Part shown: piece after piece, positions 36,094-44,304 of the stretch
How positions within the stretch are numbered: the first letter of the stretch is position 1
Layout of the letters: every line of letters starts with the position of its first letter
Source: Thermoplasmatota archaeon
GTDB taxonomy: Archaea; Thermoplasmatota; Penumbrarchaeia; Penumbrarchaeales; Penumbrarchaeaceae
Direction of reading: 5' to 3'
DNA: 46,949 nucleotides
Assembly: GCA_048569615.1 (NCBI GenBank)
Contig: JBLIRK010000024.1
Location: forward strand, 1-46,949
Program-made: the position numbers and the translations under genes
The notes under the pieces: generated by a model
The model's input: only the letters and a program-made list of their open reading frames with translations
Told to the model about the DNA's origin: nothing
The model's database searches: none

Positions 36094-37329
36094 ATGTTCG
36101 ACTTTCTCTACCTTCTGCTGCTTCTCATTGCGGCGCTCTTCTTCGGGAAGGTAGCGGAGAGGTTCGGGCTCCCCACCATTGTCGGCAACATCTTCGGCGG
36201 ACTTGTCTTCGGTCCGGTCCTGATACAATCGATGATCGGTCTGGACCTCATCTTCGATGTAACCCTCCTTCAACCGACCATCGATGAATTGAACCCCGAC
36301 AAGGTGGAGGATGCGACCGCGTTTCTGATGGAGTTCGCCATCGTCATGCTCATGTTCGCATCCGGTCTGGAGACCAGGATCAAGGACTTCCTTGCATCCT
36401 TCAAGACTGGCATACTAACGGCATCCCTTGGCGTCGTCTTCCCCTTCGGCCTTGGCTTTCTCGGGGCATACCTCTATCTCGGCGACGTGATAATAGCATT
36501 GTATGTGGGCGGTGCGCTCTCTATCACCGCAGTGGCGCTTTCCATCTCCACCTTGATCCAGATAGAGGCCATCCGGACCAGGTTCGGTATGACGATCGTC
36601 AACGCCGCCATAGTGGATGATATCATAGGCATTGTGATACTTTCCATACTTCTGTCGATATCGGCTTCCGGACACCTTCCCGACGCCATTACGCTGGGGG
36701 GCACCCTGGTGATGGCCGTTCTGTTCGTGATTTTCTGCATCTTCATCCTGCCGTGGATCATGAAGAAGGTGTACAGACAGCTCCGCGACATCAGGACAAC
36801 GGAAGGAATAGGTTTCACCATACTGATGATCGGGCTCATCGCAGTCATGGCCCATTTCATGGGGCTCCACCTGATGATCGGGGCGTTCCTGGGAGGAATG
36901 GCTATAAGGGAGGGATTGAACAAGAGGACCCAGCAGGCTCTCGGTAGATGGTCCTTCGGCTTCTTCGCCCCAATATTCTTCGCATGGGTGGGCTTCTCGG
37001 TGACCTTCTCCGGTGTCGCTTTTTCATGGCTTCTGCCATTACTGGTGGTCCTGGGGCTGACCGGAAAGGTCCTTGGCGCCGGCCTCGGAGCGAAGATCTC
37101 CGGTCTCAACTGGGCGGAATCTCTGCTTGTGGGAGTTGGAATGAACGGCAGGGCGGCCGTGGACCTCATACTTGCATCGGTTGCACTCCAGTCCGGGATA
37201 ATAGAGAGGGACCTATACTCAGCCGTTGTCTTCAATGCGGTGATCATGGCGCTGATAACCCCGATACTGCTCAATAAGCTGTCCAACAGATTCAGGGACA
37301 AAGGCTGGATCGACCAGGATTATTTCTGA
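36094..37329 (+). CDS. CPA2-family monovalent cation/proton antiporter, copy 2 (tandem paralog)
   Basis: MFDFLYLLLLLIAALFFGKVAERFGLPTIVGNIFGG... is about 70% identical to copy 1 over the full length. The DNA blocks gaggccatccggaccaggttcgg are near-identical. The ATG is at 36094. Confidence 0.8.
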   Translation: MFDFLYLLLLLIAALFFGKVAERFGLPTIVGNIFGGLVFGPVLIQSMIGLDLIFDVTLLQPTIDELNPDKVEDATAFLMEFAIVMLMFASGLETRIKDFLASFKTGILTASLGVVFPFGLGFLGAYLYLGDVIIALYVGGALSITAVALSISTLIQIEAIRTRFGMTIVNAAIVDDIIGIVILSILLSISASGHLPDAITLGGTLVMAVLFVIFCIFILPWIMKKVYRQLRDIRTTEGIGFTILMIGLIAVMAHFMGLHLMIGAFLGGMAIREGLNKRTQQALGRWSFGFFAPIFFAWVGFSVTFSGVAFSWLLPLLVVLGLTGKVLGAGLGAKISGLNWAESLLVGVGMNGRAAVDLILASVALQSGIIERDLYSAVVFNAVIMALITPILLNKLSNRFRDKGWIDQDYF

Positions 37330-37330
37330 A

Positions 37331-37378
37331 AAAAAATAAAAAAAAGGTGAGAAAGAACGATTATTTTTCTTCCTCACC
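37331..37378. terminator. Convergent, possibly bidirectional terminator hairpin flanked by A/T runs
   Basis: aaaaaaaataaaaaaaa is followed by ggtgagaaagaa, a 9-nt loop and ttcttcctcacc, a 12-bp stem with one mismatch. It lies between the plus-strand gene ending at 37329 and the minus-strand gene ending at 37361. The right arm lies within the last codons of the minus-strand gene. Confidence 0.5.
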
Positions 37379-37855
37379 CGCGTATGACTTTTCGGACTTC
37401 TTCAGTCTGACCTCTTTCATGACCTCGGCTATCTCGTTGGGCGATAAGCGCAGCCTTCTCTCCTTGATGCCGGTCTTGATGAGGACCTTCCAGACCTTGA
37501 AGGTCTTCAGTTTCTGGTACGGGACCTCGAGATTGTAGATCTTCCCAACTTTCTCGCCGTCCTTGTCGAAGACGGGGAGCTTCTTGAGCTCGTCCATCGG
37601 ATATCTGTTCCTCATCGGAGTCTTCGGGACCTCGGGCGTCTCATGATCGTCGGTGACCACCATGAGCTTGTCTTCCTCGTCCATCTTGATGATCTGGGAG
37701 ACGTCGAGAAGGTAATGCTTCTTCATCATACCGGGAGATATCTCGAAGGCGGCAACCGTCCAGGTGTCGAGATCTATGTAGGCCTCCTTCACCTTTCCGA
37801 GCTCCTCTCCCACGGAGTTCACTATCTTGTATTCCTCAAGTATCTTCGCTAGCAT
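37361..37855 (-). CDS. PRC-barrel domain protein, with two tandem PRC-barrel-like halves
   Basis: KIVNSVGEELGKVKEAYIDLDTWTVAAFEI and VFDKDGEKVGKIYNLEVPY are typical PRC-barrel patterns. The ORF is 164 aa with a GTGAGGTG ribosome-binding site. Confidence 0.65.
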   Translation of the reverse strand: MLAKILEEYKIVNSVGEELGKVKEAYIDLDTWTVAAFEISPGMMKKHYLLDVSQIIKMDEEDKLMVVTDDHETPEVPKTPMRNRYPMDELKKLPVFDKDGEKVGKIYNLEVPYQKLKTFKVWKVLIKTGIKERRLRLSPNEIAEVMKEVRLKKSEKSYAGEEEK

Positions 37856-37864
37856 CCTTTCACC

Positions 37865-38215
37865 TCACTTCTTCGGCTTGGCAGCCTTCTTGACCTCTTC
37901 AAGGTCCCTCTCCAAAGCCGAGATCCTTGCCTCGGCAGAGAGCTGGTATTCCTTCATCCCGGCAATCCTTCCCGTCAGCTTGCCGTACCTGATCTCGTAG
38001 GATTCCAGGTCAAGTCCCGTGACTATGCCGTACTCCTGGATGTAGGAGTCCATGTTCTGGTCAAGATACTTCTCGATCCTGCCGTCCAGGAGTTTTCTCT
38101 TGTATTTCGGCGCTTCGGGTTCCGCATCGGGGTCCTTCTTTCTGAAGACACCCTTGAGCCATGACATGAAACCCTTCTTCTGTTCCTGTTCTTCTTCTAT
38201 CATCGGGTCTTCCAT
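37865..38215 (-). CDS. Small acidic coiled-coil protein (116 aa), paralog of the 38559..38842 product
   Basis: MDSYIQEYGIVTGLDLESYEIRYGKLTGRIAGMKEYQLSAEARISALERDLEEV shares a spacing pattern with LMDEYKIADRNDIADIDGQFEGFEKRMDELESWRKNFDLKLDESDRRMARL. A GAGGAGGTGAT ribosome-binding site precedes the start. Confidence 0.5.
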   Translation of the reverse strand: MEDPMIEEEQEQKKGFMSWLKGVFRKKDPDAEPEAPKYKRKLLDGRIEKYLDQNMDSYIQEYGIVTGLDLESYEIRYGKLTGRIAGMKEYQLSAEARISALERDLEEVKKAAKPKK

Positions 38216-38228
38216 TCATATCACCTCC

Positions 38229-38555
38229 TCAAAGGCCCTCCATCCGGGTCATCTCGCGGTCCAGCGCTCCAAGCCTTCTGTCAAGCTTCGTGCGGTTCTT
38301 CTCGAGCAGATCGATGTCGCTCCCGACCAGGGACAGCCTTTTGTTGAGGTCCTTCTTGAAGTCCTTCACACGGTCCCTGGTTACCATGTCCCATTCGTCC
38401 ATGATCTTGCGGAAGTTCTCGTCGAAGTACAGCTGAACATGGGACGGTCTTCCCTTCCTTCTCCTGACAAGGAATACGATCAGGGAAATGACAAGGAGAA
38501 CTGCGATGACGAGTGCAGCTATGGCGACGATTATCCATATCGTTGTGGCATCCAT
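38229..38555 (-). CDS. Small protein with an N-terminal TM helix and a coiled coil (108 aa)
   Basis: The TM helix MDATTIWIIVAIAALVIAVLLVISLIVFLV is followed by RRRKGRP. The coiled-coil heptads are ...LSLVGSDIDLLEKNRTKLDRRLGALDREMTRMEGL. Confidence 0.55.
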   Translation of the reverse strand: MDATTIWIIVAIAALVIAVLLVISLIVFLVRRRKGRPSHVQLYFDENFRKIMDEWDMVTRDRVKDFKKDLNKRLSLVGSDIDLLEKNRTKLDRRLGALDREMTRMEGL

Positions 38556-38558
38556 CTA

Positions 38559-38842
38559 CTATTCACCTCCTTTCACGCCGTACTTCGTCCTCAGCCTCGC
38601 CATTCTCCTGTCGGATTCATCCAGCTTCAGATCGAAGTTCTTCCTCCAGCTCTCCAGCTCGTCCATCCTCTTCTCGAAACCTTCGAACTGCCCGTCTATG
38701 TCCGCTATGTCGTTCCTGTCGGCTATCTTGTATTCGTCCATCAGATCGGGGAGATTCTCGCTCAGGAACTGATCGAGCTTCTTGTTCATCGAAAAGGGAT
38801 GGGTTATGCCCATCGCTTGGACCCTGTTCATGAAGCTCATTT
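38559..38842 (-). CDS. Small coiled-coil protein (94 aa)
   Basis: The start is the ATG at 38842-38840 (MSFMNRVQAMG...) with an AAGGAGG ribosome-binding site. It overlaps the stop of the upstream gene as ATGA. The track's longer ORF (start 38909) begins inside the upstream gene. Confidence 0.5.
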
Positions 38843-39220
38843 CTTTTCCTCCTTTTCTTCTTCCTCTTCTGCATGCTTTCCGCCGAGTCTCTCCTTGAAC
38901 CTCTTCCATGAGGCTTTCATGTCATCCTTCAAGGAATGGTACGGATGGATCTCGACCTCATCTCCTTCCTTGACCTTGAGGTCCTCCATATCGCCCTCTC
39001 TCAGGACCACTACATTCTTCTTGGCCAGCCTGTCGGCGACCAGCTTCACGACCTTCTTCTTCTTTCCTGCCCGCAGCTCAACGAGGTCGATCTCTCCTTC
39101 CTCGATGTCTTTCAGGTAGCTCTCGTGGATCCTGGCTATACCGGAATCCATCGATCTTATGGCACTTTCCGCGACCTTCAAGGTCACAATGTGCTCTTCT
39201 TCTTTTTGTTCTTCTTTCAA
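38837..39220 (-). CDS. CDC48/VAT N-domain-like (double-psi beta-barrel) small protein with acidic termini
   Basis: IVTLKVAESAIRSMDSGIARIHESYLKDIEEGEIDLVEL...VVVLREGDMEDLKVKEGDEVEIHPY resembles the VAT-N pattern VAEA..RD.GRGIVRID...M..LG...GD.VEI. Confidence 0.5.
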   Translation of the reverse strand: MKEEQKEEEHIVTLKVAESAIRSMDSGIARIHESYLKDIEEGEIDLVELRAGKKKKVVKLVADRLAKKNVVVLREGDMEDLKVKEGDEVEIHPYHSLKDDMKASWKRFKERLGGKHAEEEEEKEEKK

Positions 39221-39404
39221 TTCAATATCACCTCGGGGGACTGAACCCTTGTATGGAGAACAGTGCGAGCATATAAGGGTATTTTTATATTAAAATGTTG
39301 AATTTTGGATAAAAATTCATTACAAGAATTTTTAAAACGCACGATCGAACTGGCATCATTTATTATCAGGATGGGCTTTATGCCTTAGGGGAGCATCGAG
39401 CAGG
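39221..39404. promoter_or_regulatory. AT-rich divergent promoter region
   Basis: The TATA-like run is catataagggtatttttatattaaaatgttgaattttggataaaaattcatt. It lies between the minus-strand operon (start 39220) and the plus-strand operon (start 39405). Confidence 0.3.
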
Positions 39405-39944
39405 ATGGACTGGTTCCTTATAGTATTCCTACTGATGGCCGTTGCGGCAGGGATTCTGATATACTATTCCTGGAGGAACGCCAGGAAGCTGACCAAGCTC
39501 TCCACGGAGATCGACAGCAAGTCCAAAGAATTAAGGGAAAGGTCGAATGAGCCGCCGGTGGACCTCGGGGAGCTCTATCCGAAGAGCTCGACCAAGACTG
39601 CCTTCTACACGGCCCAGGCGCTGAGGTACAGGCAGTCCCCCGAGGTCTCCCTGGAGTTCATCGAGAACATGGAGAGGAGGCTTGATTTCTCCGAGGATCC
39701 CAAGGGCGACCTGAAGCTTCAGGTGGAGAAGGTGGAGGCTATCATGATGAAGGCAAAGGGCTCCCAGGAGCCTCTGAAGGAGCTGCAGAGGGCGGACTCT
39801 GTCTGCAGGTCCCTGATGAAGCATCCCGAGGTGACCTCCGAGCCCTTGAACCGGATATATCTCGACGGGATAAGAACGAGGCTTGATATCGAGACGCTGA
39901 AATTGAGGGAGAAGAGGAGGCAGGAGAAATATGTCAATTCTTGA
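39405..39944 (+). CDS. Hypothetical protein with an N-terminal TM helix
   Basis: MDWFLIVFLLMAVAAGILIYY is followed by a charged soluble region. It is the first gene of a three-gene overlapping operon. Confidence 0.5.
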   Translation: MDWFLIVFLLMAVAAGILIYYSWRNARKLTKLSTEIDSKSKELRERSNEPPVDLGELYPKSSTKTAFYTAQALRYRQSPEVSLEFIENMERRLDFSEDPKGDLKLQVEKVEAIMMKAKGSQEPLKELQRADSVCRSLMKHPEVTSEPLNRIYLDGIRTRLDIETLKLREKRRQEKYVNS

Positions 39945-40386
39945 CAGCTTCCTGTTCGTATTCTCCCTCGTCCATCCCTCCGGCAAGCTGGAACCGGACG
40001 AGAAGCACCGGTTCAGGTACATGAGCAGTGACAAGGAAACTTTTCTGGACATCGCGGTCCTGGACGCAAGGTTCTCCCCTCCAAGGGAGGGGTGGGAGAT
40101 GAAGGAGAAGCTTGTGAAGGAGATCCTTGAGGTGTACCACGTTCCCGAGCTCTCGGAGAACTACTTCCACCTCATGGTAGTCCTGGCGGAATCCCATTAT
40201 TACAGGGTAGAAAAGCATTCCGATCCCCGGGGGCAGCGCCTGAAGGCCCTGGAGATATTCCGGTCCGTCCACAAGCATCCCCGGACCTATCTGGATTACA
40301 GGAGCAGGCTGCTCATCGAGGATTATATCGAGAGGATCATGTACCTTCTCGAGCACCCGGGATCGGAGGAGGGGGAGGAAAATTGA
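39931..40386 (+). CDS. Hypothetical protein
   Basis: The 151-aa ORF overlaps the previous gene by 14 nt and is overlapped 4 nt by the next (operon). Confidence 0.45.
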   Translation: MSILDSFLFVFSLVHPSGKLEPDEKHRFRYMSSDKETFLDIAVLDARFSPPREGWEMKEKLVKEILEVYHVPELSENYFHLMVVLAESHYYRVEKHSDPRGQRLKALEIFRSVHKHPRTYLDYRSRLLIEDYIERIMYLLEHPGSEEGEEN

Positions 40387-41123
40387 CGTTCAAACCTCCA
40401 TGGGAGCTCAGGGACGGGAAGGCTGGAGGAATACTCTTCATGTCCAATCCCACCCAGGAGGTGCTGAAGAAGGTCTTCATCGGCGAGAAGGTCCAGTCGC
40501 TGATGTGGATCCTGGTTCCGATTGTATTCTTCATACTCGGCTTCGACCTTTTTATTGCAGCGGCTGGAGGGAGCTTCATCGGTCTGCTGGCGTTCAACAT
40601 CTCTTTCCTCTTCACAGGTGGGTTCGTGATCGGTCTATTCCTTTACTTCGTGCTCCCCCAGGTAAGGAAATGGGAGAAGAAGGAGCCTGAATCATATGTC
40701 AAGATCTTCCGGGACGTATTGGCTGTCTACCAGCACAGGTCGTTCTGGGACACCATCAATATCATCCATTTCGGGGACATCGGTGAGGTGAGGATCGATG
40801 GCGTCAGGTATTTCAAGAGAAAAGGATACCGGTTCCCGATCGGATACAGACCTCTTGTCCAGATGTCACCCGTCTTCACCAAGCACAAGGGAGCGCTTTA
40901 CAACTACCATGTTCCATTGGATCATATCGTTGTCCTTGTGATGAAGAAGAAGGTACCGATAATGAACCATGCCTCCATGGCATTCAAATCGATGTTCAAG
41001 ATGGCCACCTACAACGACCAGTTCGAGGTTGAGGAGGTGTTCATCTCCATCAGACCGGAGGAGAAGAAGAGATTCCTCAAGCTGGCAAGATCGAGGATGA
41101 AGGCTGTTTCCAGCGGGTCCTGA
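40383..41123 (+). CDS. Hypothetical membrane protein with two TM helices and a C-terminal soluble domain
   Basis: The TTG start at 40383 overlaps the preceding stop; an alternative ATG lies at 40440 (MSNPTQEV...). The TM helices are LMWILVPIVFFILGFDLFIAAAGGSFIGLLAFNISFLFTGGFVIGLFLYFVL. Confidence 0.5.
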   Translation: MTFKPPWELRDGKAGGILFMSNPTQEVLKKVFIGEKVQSLMWILVPIVFFILGFDLFIAAAGGSFIGLLAFNISFLFTGGFVIGLFLYFVLPQVRKWEKKEPESYVKIFRDVLAVYQHRSFWDTINIIHFGDIGEVRIDGVRYFKRKGYRFPIGYRPLVQMSPVFTKHKGALYNYHVPLDHIVVLVMKKKVPIMNHASMAFKSMFKMATYNDQFEVEEVFISIRPEEKKRFLKLARSRMKAVSSGS

Positions 41124-41203
41124 AAAGGAAAAAAACCTAATCAATATTCCCACATAGTTATTAATATCAATCAATCCGATTACAATTCGATAGATGAGGC
41201 TAA

Positions 41204-41704
41204 TTGAATGTCTTGGCCTCGATTTGCATCCCATCTGCAAGACGGTGGTATAATTTGAAAAGTGAAGAGGAAGTGCAGGCCGTATATCCGCCTCCTTCTA
41301 CAGGCAACAGGACCTATACACAGCTGGCATACCTGGAATCCCACGACGACATCAGCGGAAGGGATTATGCCTTCGTCGTCTTCAAGGAGGAGAAGGTGGA
41401 CACCGGAAAATGGAACATACAGATAAGCGGAAAGAACACGGCCGGCGGCTCCATCGATCCGGAGCATCCGTCCCTCGCCAGGGACCTGGAGAAAGCCGAA
41501 AGGGACGGCAGAGACCATATACTCTTCGGTTTTTCCCTTACTCCCAGGGAAGGGGACCCCAGGGTCGTCGAGAATCGGCTCTATTTCAATCGGAAGAGAG
41601 AGCCCACGAGGATCGAGGTCCATCTGGTTACGAGGAACGCCGATGGCTCAGCCAAGGAGGAGAAGATGGCGAGGATCCAATGGCCTGACGATCCATCTTC
41701 ATAA
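41204..41704 (+). CDS. Hypothetical protein; start uncertain
   Basis: The 166-aa ORF has only TTG/GTG candidate starts. A GAGG lies 8 nt upstream of the TTG at 41204. There are no recognisable motifs. Confidence 0.3.
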   Translation: MNVLASICIPSARRWYNLKSEEEVQAVYPPPSTGNRTYTQLAYLESHDDISGRDYAFVVFKEEKVDTGKWNIQISGKNTAGGSIDPEHPSLARDLEKAERDGRDHILFGFSLTPREGDPRVVENRLYFNRKREPTRIEVHLVTRNADGSAKEEKMARIQWPDDPSS

Positions 41705-41718
41705 TTACAAAAAGGGGA

Positions 41719-42285
41719 TCATTTCGCATCCAGCATCGCCTGCTCCTGCTCCTCTAGTATCTGGGACCATCTCAGCACCTTCTTGAACTGCAGGATTATG
41801 GATTTCATGGTGAGCTCCCCCACAAGCCTTCCCTTGGATACCACGGGGAGCCTTTTCAGATGATGGCGCTTCATCTTGAGGAGAGCCTTGCCCATTGTCT
41901 GATTCGGCTGGATCGTTACCAGGTCGGTGGTCATCATGTCTTCCGCCTTCTCTATTCCTCCGAAGAGCATTGACTTGAAATGATGTCCGCTGATGGTAAG
42001 CTGGTAGGGATCTATCTTTCTGGGGGCGATGACATCAACGAGGTCCCTTTCCGTTATCAGGCCCAACAACTTCATGCTCTTCAGCGAGTTCACGACCCAG
42101 ATGTGCTTCCTTGAGGATAGGATGCCGATGACCTCCTCAATAGGGGTGTCCGGGGTGACGAAGGACATGTCCCACATCTTGGATTTCATCACGGTCCCTA
42201 CGTCGATCTGATGGAACTGCTTGAGGATCCTGGAGATGTCGGGGCCCTTCTTCGTCGATGTGGGTTTGATGTACTTTACCATGTT
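41719..42285 (-). CDS. CBS-domain pair protein
   Basis: Two CBS motifs are present: FVTPDTPIEEVIGILSSRKHIWVVN...LLGLITERDLV and MTTDLVTIQPNQTMGKALLKMKRHHLKRLPVVSKGRLVGELT. The start is the ATG at 42285 with a GAGGTGG ribosome-binding site; the track's extension is rejected. Confidence 0.7.
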   Translation of the reverse strand, partial: NMVKYIKPTSTKKGPDISRILKQFHQIDVGTVMKSKMWDMSFVTPDTPIEEVIGILSSRKHIWVVNSLKSMKLLGLITERDLVDVIAPRKIDPYQLTISGHHFKSMLFGGIEKAEDMMTTDLVTIQPNQTMGKALLKMKRHHLKRLPVVSKGRLVGELTMKSIILQFKKVLRWSQILEEQEQAMLDAK

Positions 42286-42423
42286 CCACCTCTTACCCTG
42301 CAGGTCTTGATTACCTTGAAGGAGAAATATGTTTGCATGCGAGATATTATTTACCCTCACAAACCTAATAAATCTTTATCCTATATACGGCCTGCAATTA
42401 TCTGTTCAAAAGGAGGAATCTTC

Positions 42424-43608
42424 ATGGCAAGGGATCCAACAGGTTTTCTGAAGCAGGAATACGATGAACTCGTCGAGAAGGGCTTCAACTGGCAGCTGAG
42501 AGAGCTCCAGGGGCCCTCCACACCAAAGTGCAAGGTCGATGGAAAAGAGCTCATAATGCTGTGCTCAAACAATTACCTCAGCCTCTCCAACCATCCTAGG
42601 CTAATAGCCGCGGCAAAGGAATGGGCCGACCGCAACGGTGCGGGCTCCGGGTCCGTCAGGGCTATAGCTGGCACAATGGACATCCATTTCAAGGTGGAGG
42701 AGGCCCTGGCAAAGTTCAAGAAAAGGCAGGCATCCCTTGTCTATCAGACCGGATTTGCGGCAAACGCCGGTCTCGTCTCCCAGCTGGCCCCCGCAAAGGA
42801 GGACATGATCATATCCGACGAGCTAAATCACGGCTCCATCATAGACGGGGTTAGGCTCTCCAAGGCTGAAAGAGGTGTGTATCCGCACAACGACATGGGC
42901 GGATTGGAGGATGCACTGAGGAAATCCCAGGACAAGAGAAGGGTGCTCGTAGTGACCGACGGCGTCTTCTCCATGGACGGAGATACTTCCCCTCTGGACC
43001 AGATCGTGAAGCTCTGCGTGGAATACGGAGCGATGTCCTACGTGGACGACGCACACGGCGAGGGCGTCCTCGGGGAGAAGGGAGCCGGAATAGGTGTCCA
43101 CTACAATGTCCATGACAAGCTGGACGTCGAGATGGGCACTTTTTCCAAAGCATTCGGCGTGGTGGGGGGCCTGATCGCAGGCTCCAGGGACCTCATCAAT
43201 TTCGCTTACAACAAGTCAAGGACATGGCTGCTCTCCGGCTCCCATCCGCCGGCAGTGGCGGGAGCCCAGCTCGCGGCGATACAGGTCCTTGACGAGGAGC
43301 CCCAGCACTGGGAGCGTCTCTGGGAGAACACCAAGTACTTCAAGAAGAGGATACAATCCATGGGATTCGACACCGGGAACACGGAAACGCCCATAATACC
43401 GGTGATGTGCGGTGAATCCCACAAGGCCAAGCAGCTCTCCCAGGAGCTCTACAACACCGGCGTCTTCGCTCTTCCCATCGTGTTCCCCATGGTGGCGAGG
43501 GACAAGGCAAGGGTCAGGGTCCAGGTCAACGCCGGACTCACCAGGGAGATGCTGGACGAGGCTCTAGGGGCATTCGAGATCGGTGGGAAGAAGGCCGGCA
43601 TCATATGA
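42424..43608 (+). CDS. kbl: 2-amino-3-ketobutyrate CoA ligase / glycine C-acetyltransferase (alpha-oxoamine synthase family, PLP-dependent)
   Basis: The protein starts MARDPTGFLKQEYDELVEKG. Motifs NNYLSLSNHPRLIAAAKEW, SVRAIAGTMDIH, IISDELNHGSIIDGVRLSKA and the PLP-lysine region GTFSKAFG match Kbl. The ATG at 42424 follows AAAGGAGGAATCTTC. A TATA-like cctatata lies about 35 nt upstream. Confidence 0.85.
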   Translation: MARDPTGFLKQEYDELVEKGFNWQLRELQGPSTPKCKVDGKELIMLCSNNYLSLSNHPRLIAAAKEWADRNGAGSGSVRAIAGTMDIHFKVEEALAKFKKRQASLVYQTGFAANAGLVSQLAPAKEDMIISDELNHGSIIDGVRLSKAERGVYPHNDMGGLEDALRKSQDKRRVLVVTDGVFSMDGDTSPLDQIVKLCVEYGAMSYVDDAHGEGVLGEKGAGIGVHYNVHDKLDVEMGTFSKAFGVVGGLIAGSRDLINFAYNKSRTWLLSGSHPPAVAGAQLAAIQVLDEEPQHWERLWENTKYFKKRIQSMGFDTGNTETPIIPVMCGESHKAKQLSQELYNTGVFALPIVFPMVARDKARVRVQVNAGLTREMLDEALGAFEIGGKKAGII

Positions 43609-43623
43609 GACCCTCCAATCCGG

Positions 43624-43664
43624 AATGAAGCGCTCTGAAAGGGGCGCTTCCCTTCATTTTTTCC
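43624..43664 (+). terminator. Hairpin plus T-run 3' of kbl
   Basis: atgaagcgc...gcgcttc(cct)tcat forms a stem and is followed by tttttt. It overlaps the C-terminal codons of the convergent methyltransferase gene. Confidence 0.5.
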
Positions 43665-44304
43665 TGTACTCCCCCAGGAAGAACGGATAACCGAGCACAG
43701 GTCCCTTTATCATGGAAAGCTCCTCAAAGAGCTCCTTTCTCGATCTTACGAGCTCCCCTGTCTCTCTGTTGAGGCGGCAACCGGAGGGTTTTTCCCAGAT
43801 GGGGGTGAAAGCATTGAATAATAGAGCCTGGGGCTTCCATCTCGGAAGCTGGTGCTCAATGAAGATGAACTTTCCCCCTCTTTTCAGAACCCTTATGCCC
43901 TCGGATACGACCTTTCCGGGATCATCGACGGTGCAGAGGATAAGGGTTGAGACCACCGCATCGAAGCTCTTTGAAGGGAAAGGAAGCTTCTCACCGACCC
44001 CGACCTCCGCCTTCAGGCATCTTCCGCCGCGCTCCCCCCATCCGCCGCCTCCCGCCTTTCTCTTCAGGTAGGAGATGTTGTGGGTGCTGGGATCGAGGAC
44101 GGTCACGCAGTCCACGGAGTGCGGATAATGGCGAAGGTTTGCACCCGTCCCTGAGCCTATGTCAAGAACCTCGCCCTTCAATCCAAAAAGCATCCTTCTT
44201 CTCCACCGGGAGAACCAGACAAGCTCCATGGGAGCCAGTACAAGATCGTATATGAGGGGTGAACTGTCGATAGCCTTGCCTTTTCCCATGGGATCAATCC
44301 GCAA
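43654..44304 (-). CDS. Class I SAM-dependent methyltransferase (UbiE/type-11-like)
   Basis: EVLDIGSGTGANL is motif I. The ORF is 216 aa and overlaps the upstream gene by 11 nt. Confidence 0.7.
   Translation of the reverse strand: MRIDPMGKGKAIDSSPLIYDLVLAPMELVWFSRWRRRMLFGLKGEVLDIGSGTGANLRHYPHSVDCVTVLDPSTHNISYLKRKAGGGGWGERGGRCLKAEVGVGEKLPFPSKSFDAVVSTLILCTVDDPGKVVSEGIRVLKRGGKFIFIEHQLPRWKPQALLFNAFTPIWEKPSGCRLNRETGELVRSRKELFEELSMIKGPVLGYPFFLGEYRKK

Noticed and set aside
35355-37301. Minus-strand ORFs 35355..36050, 35483..35995 and 36474..37301
   Set aside because: They are antisense shadows of the two CPA2 antiporter genes. The same shadow appears in both paralogs, as expected from shared codon bias.
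38052-39119. 355-aa plus-strand ORF across the small-gene operon
   Set aside because: It is antisense to four tightly packed minus-strand genes that have ribosome-binding sites and an ATGA coupling. The product is S/L-rich and low complexity.
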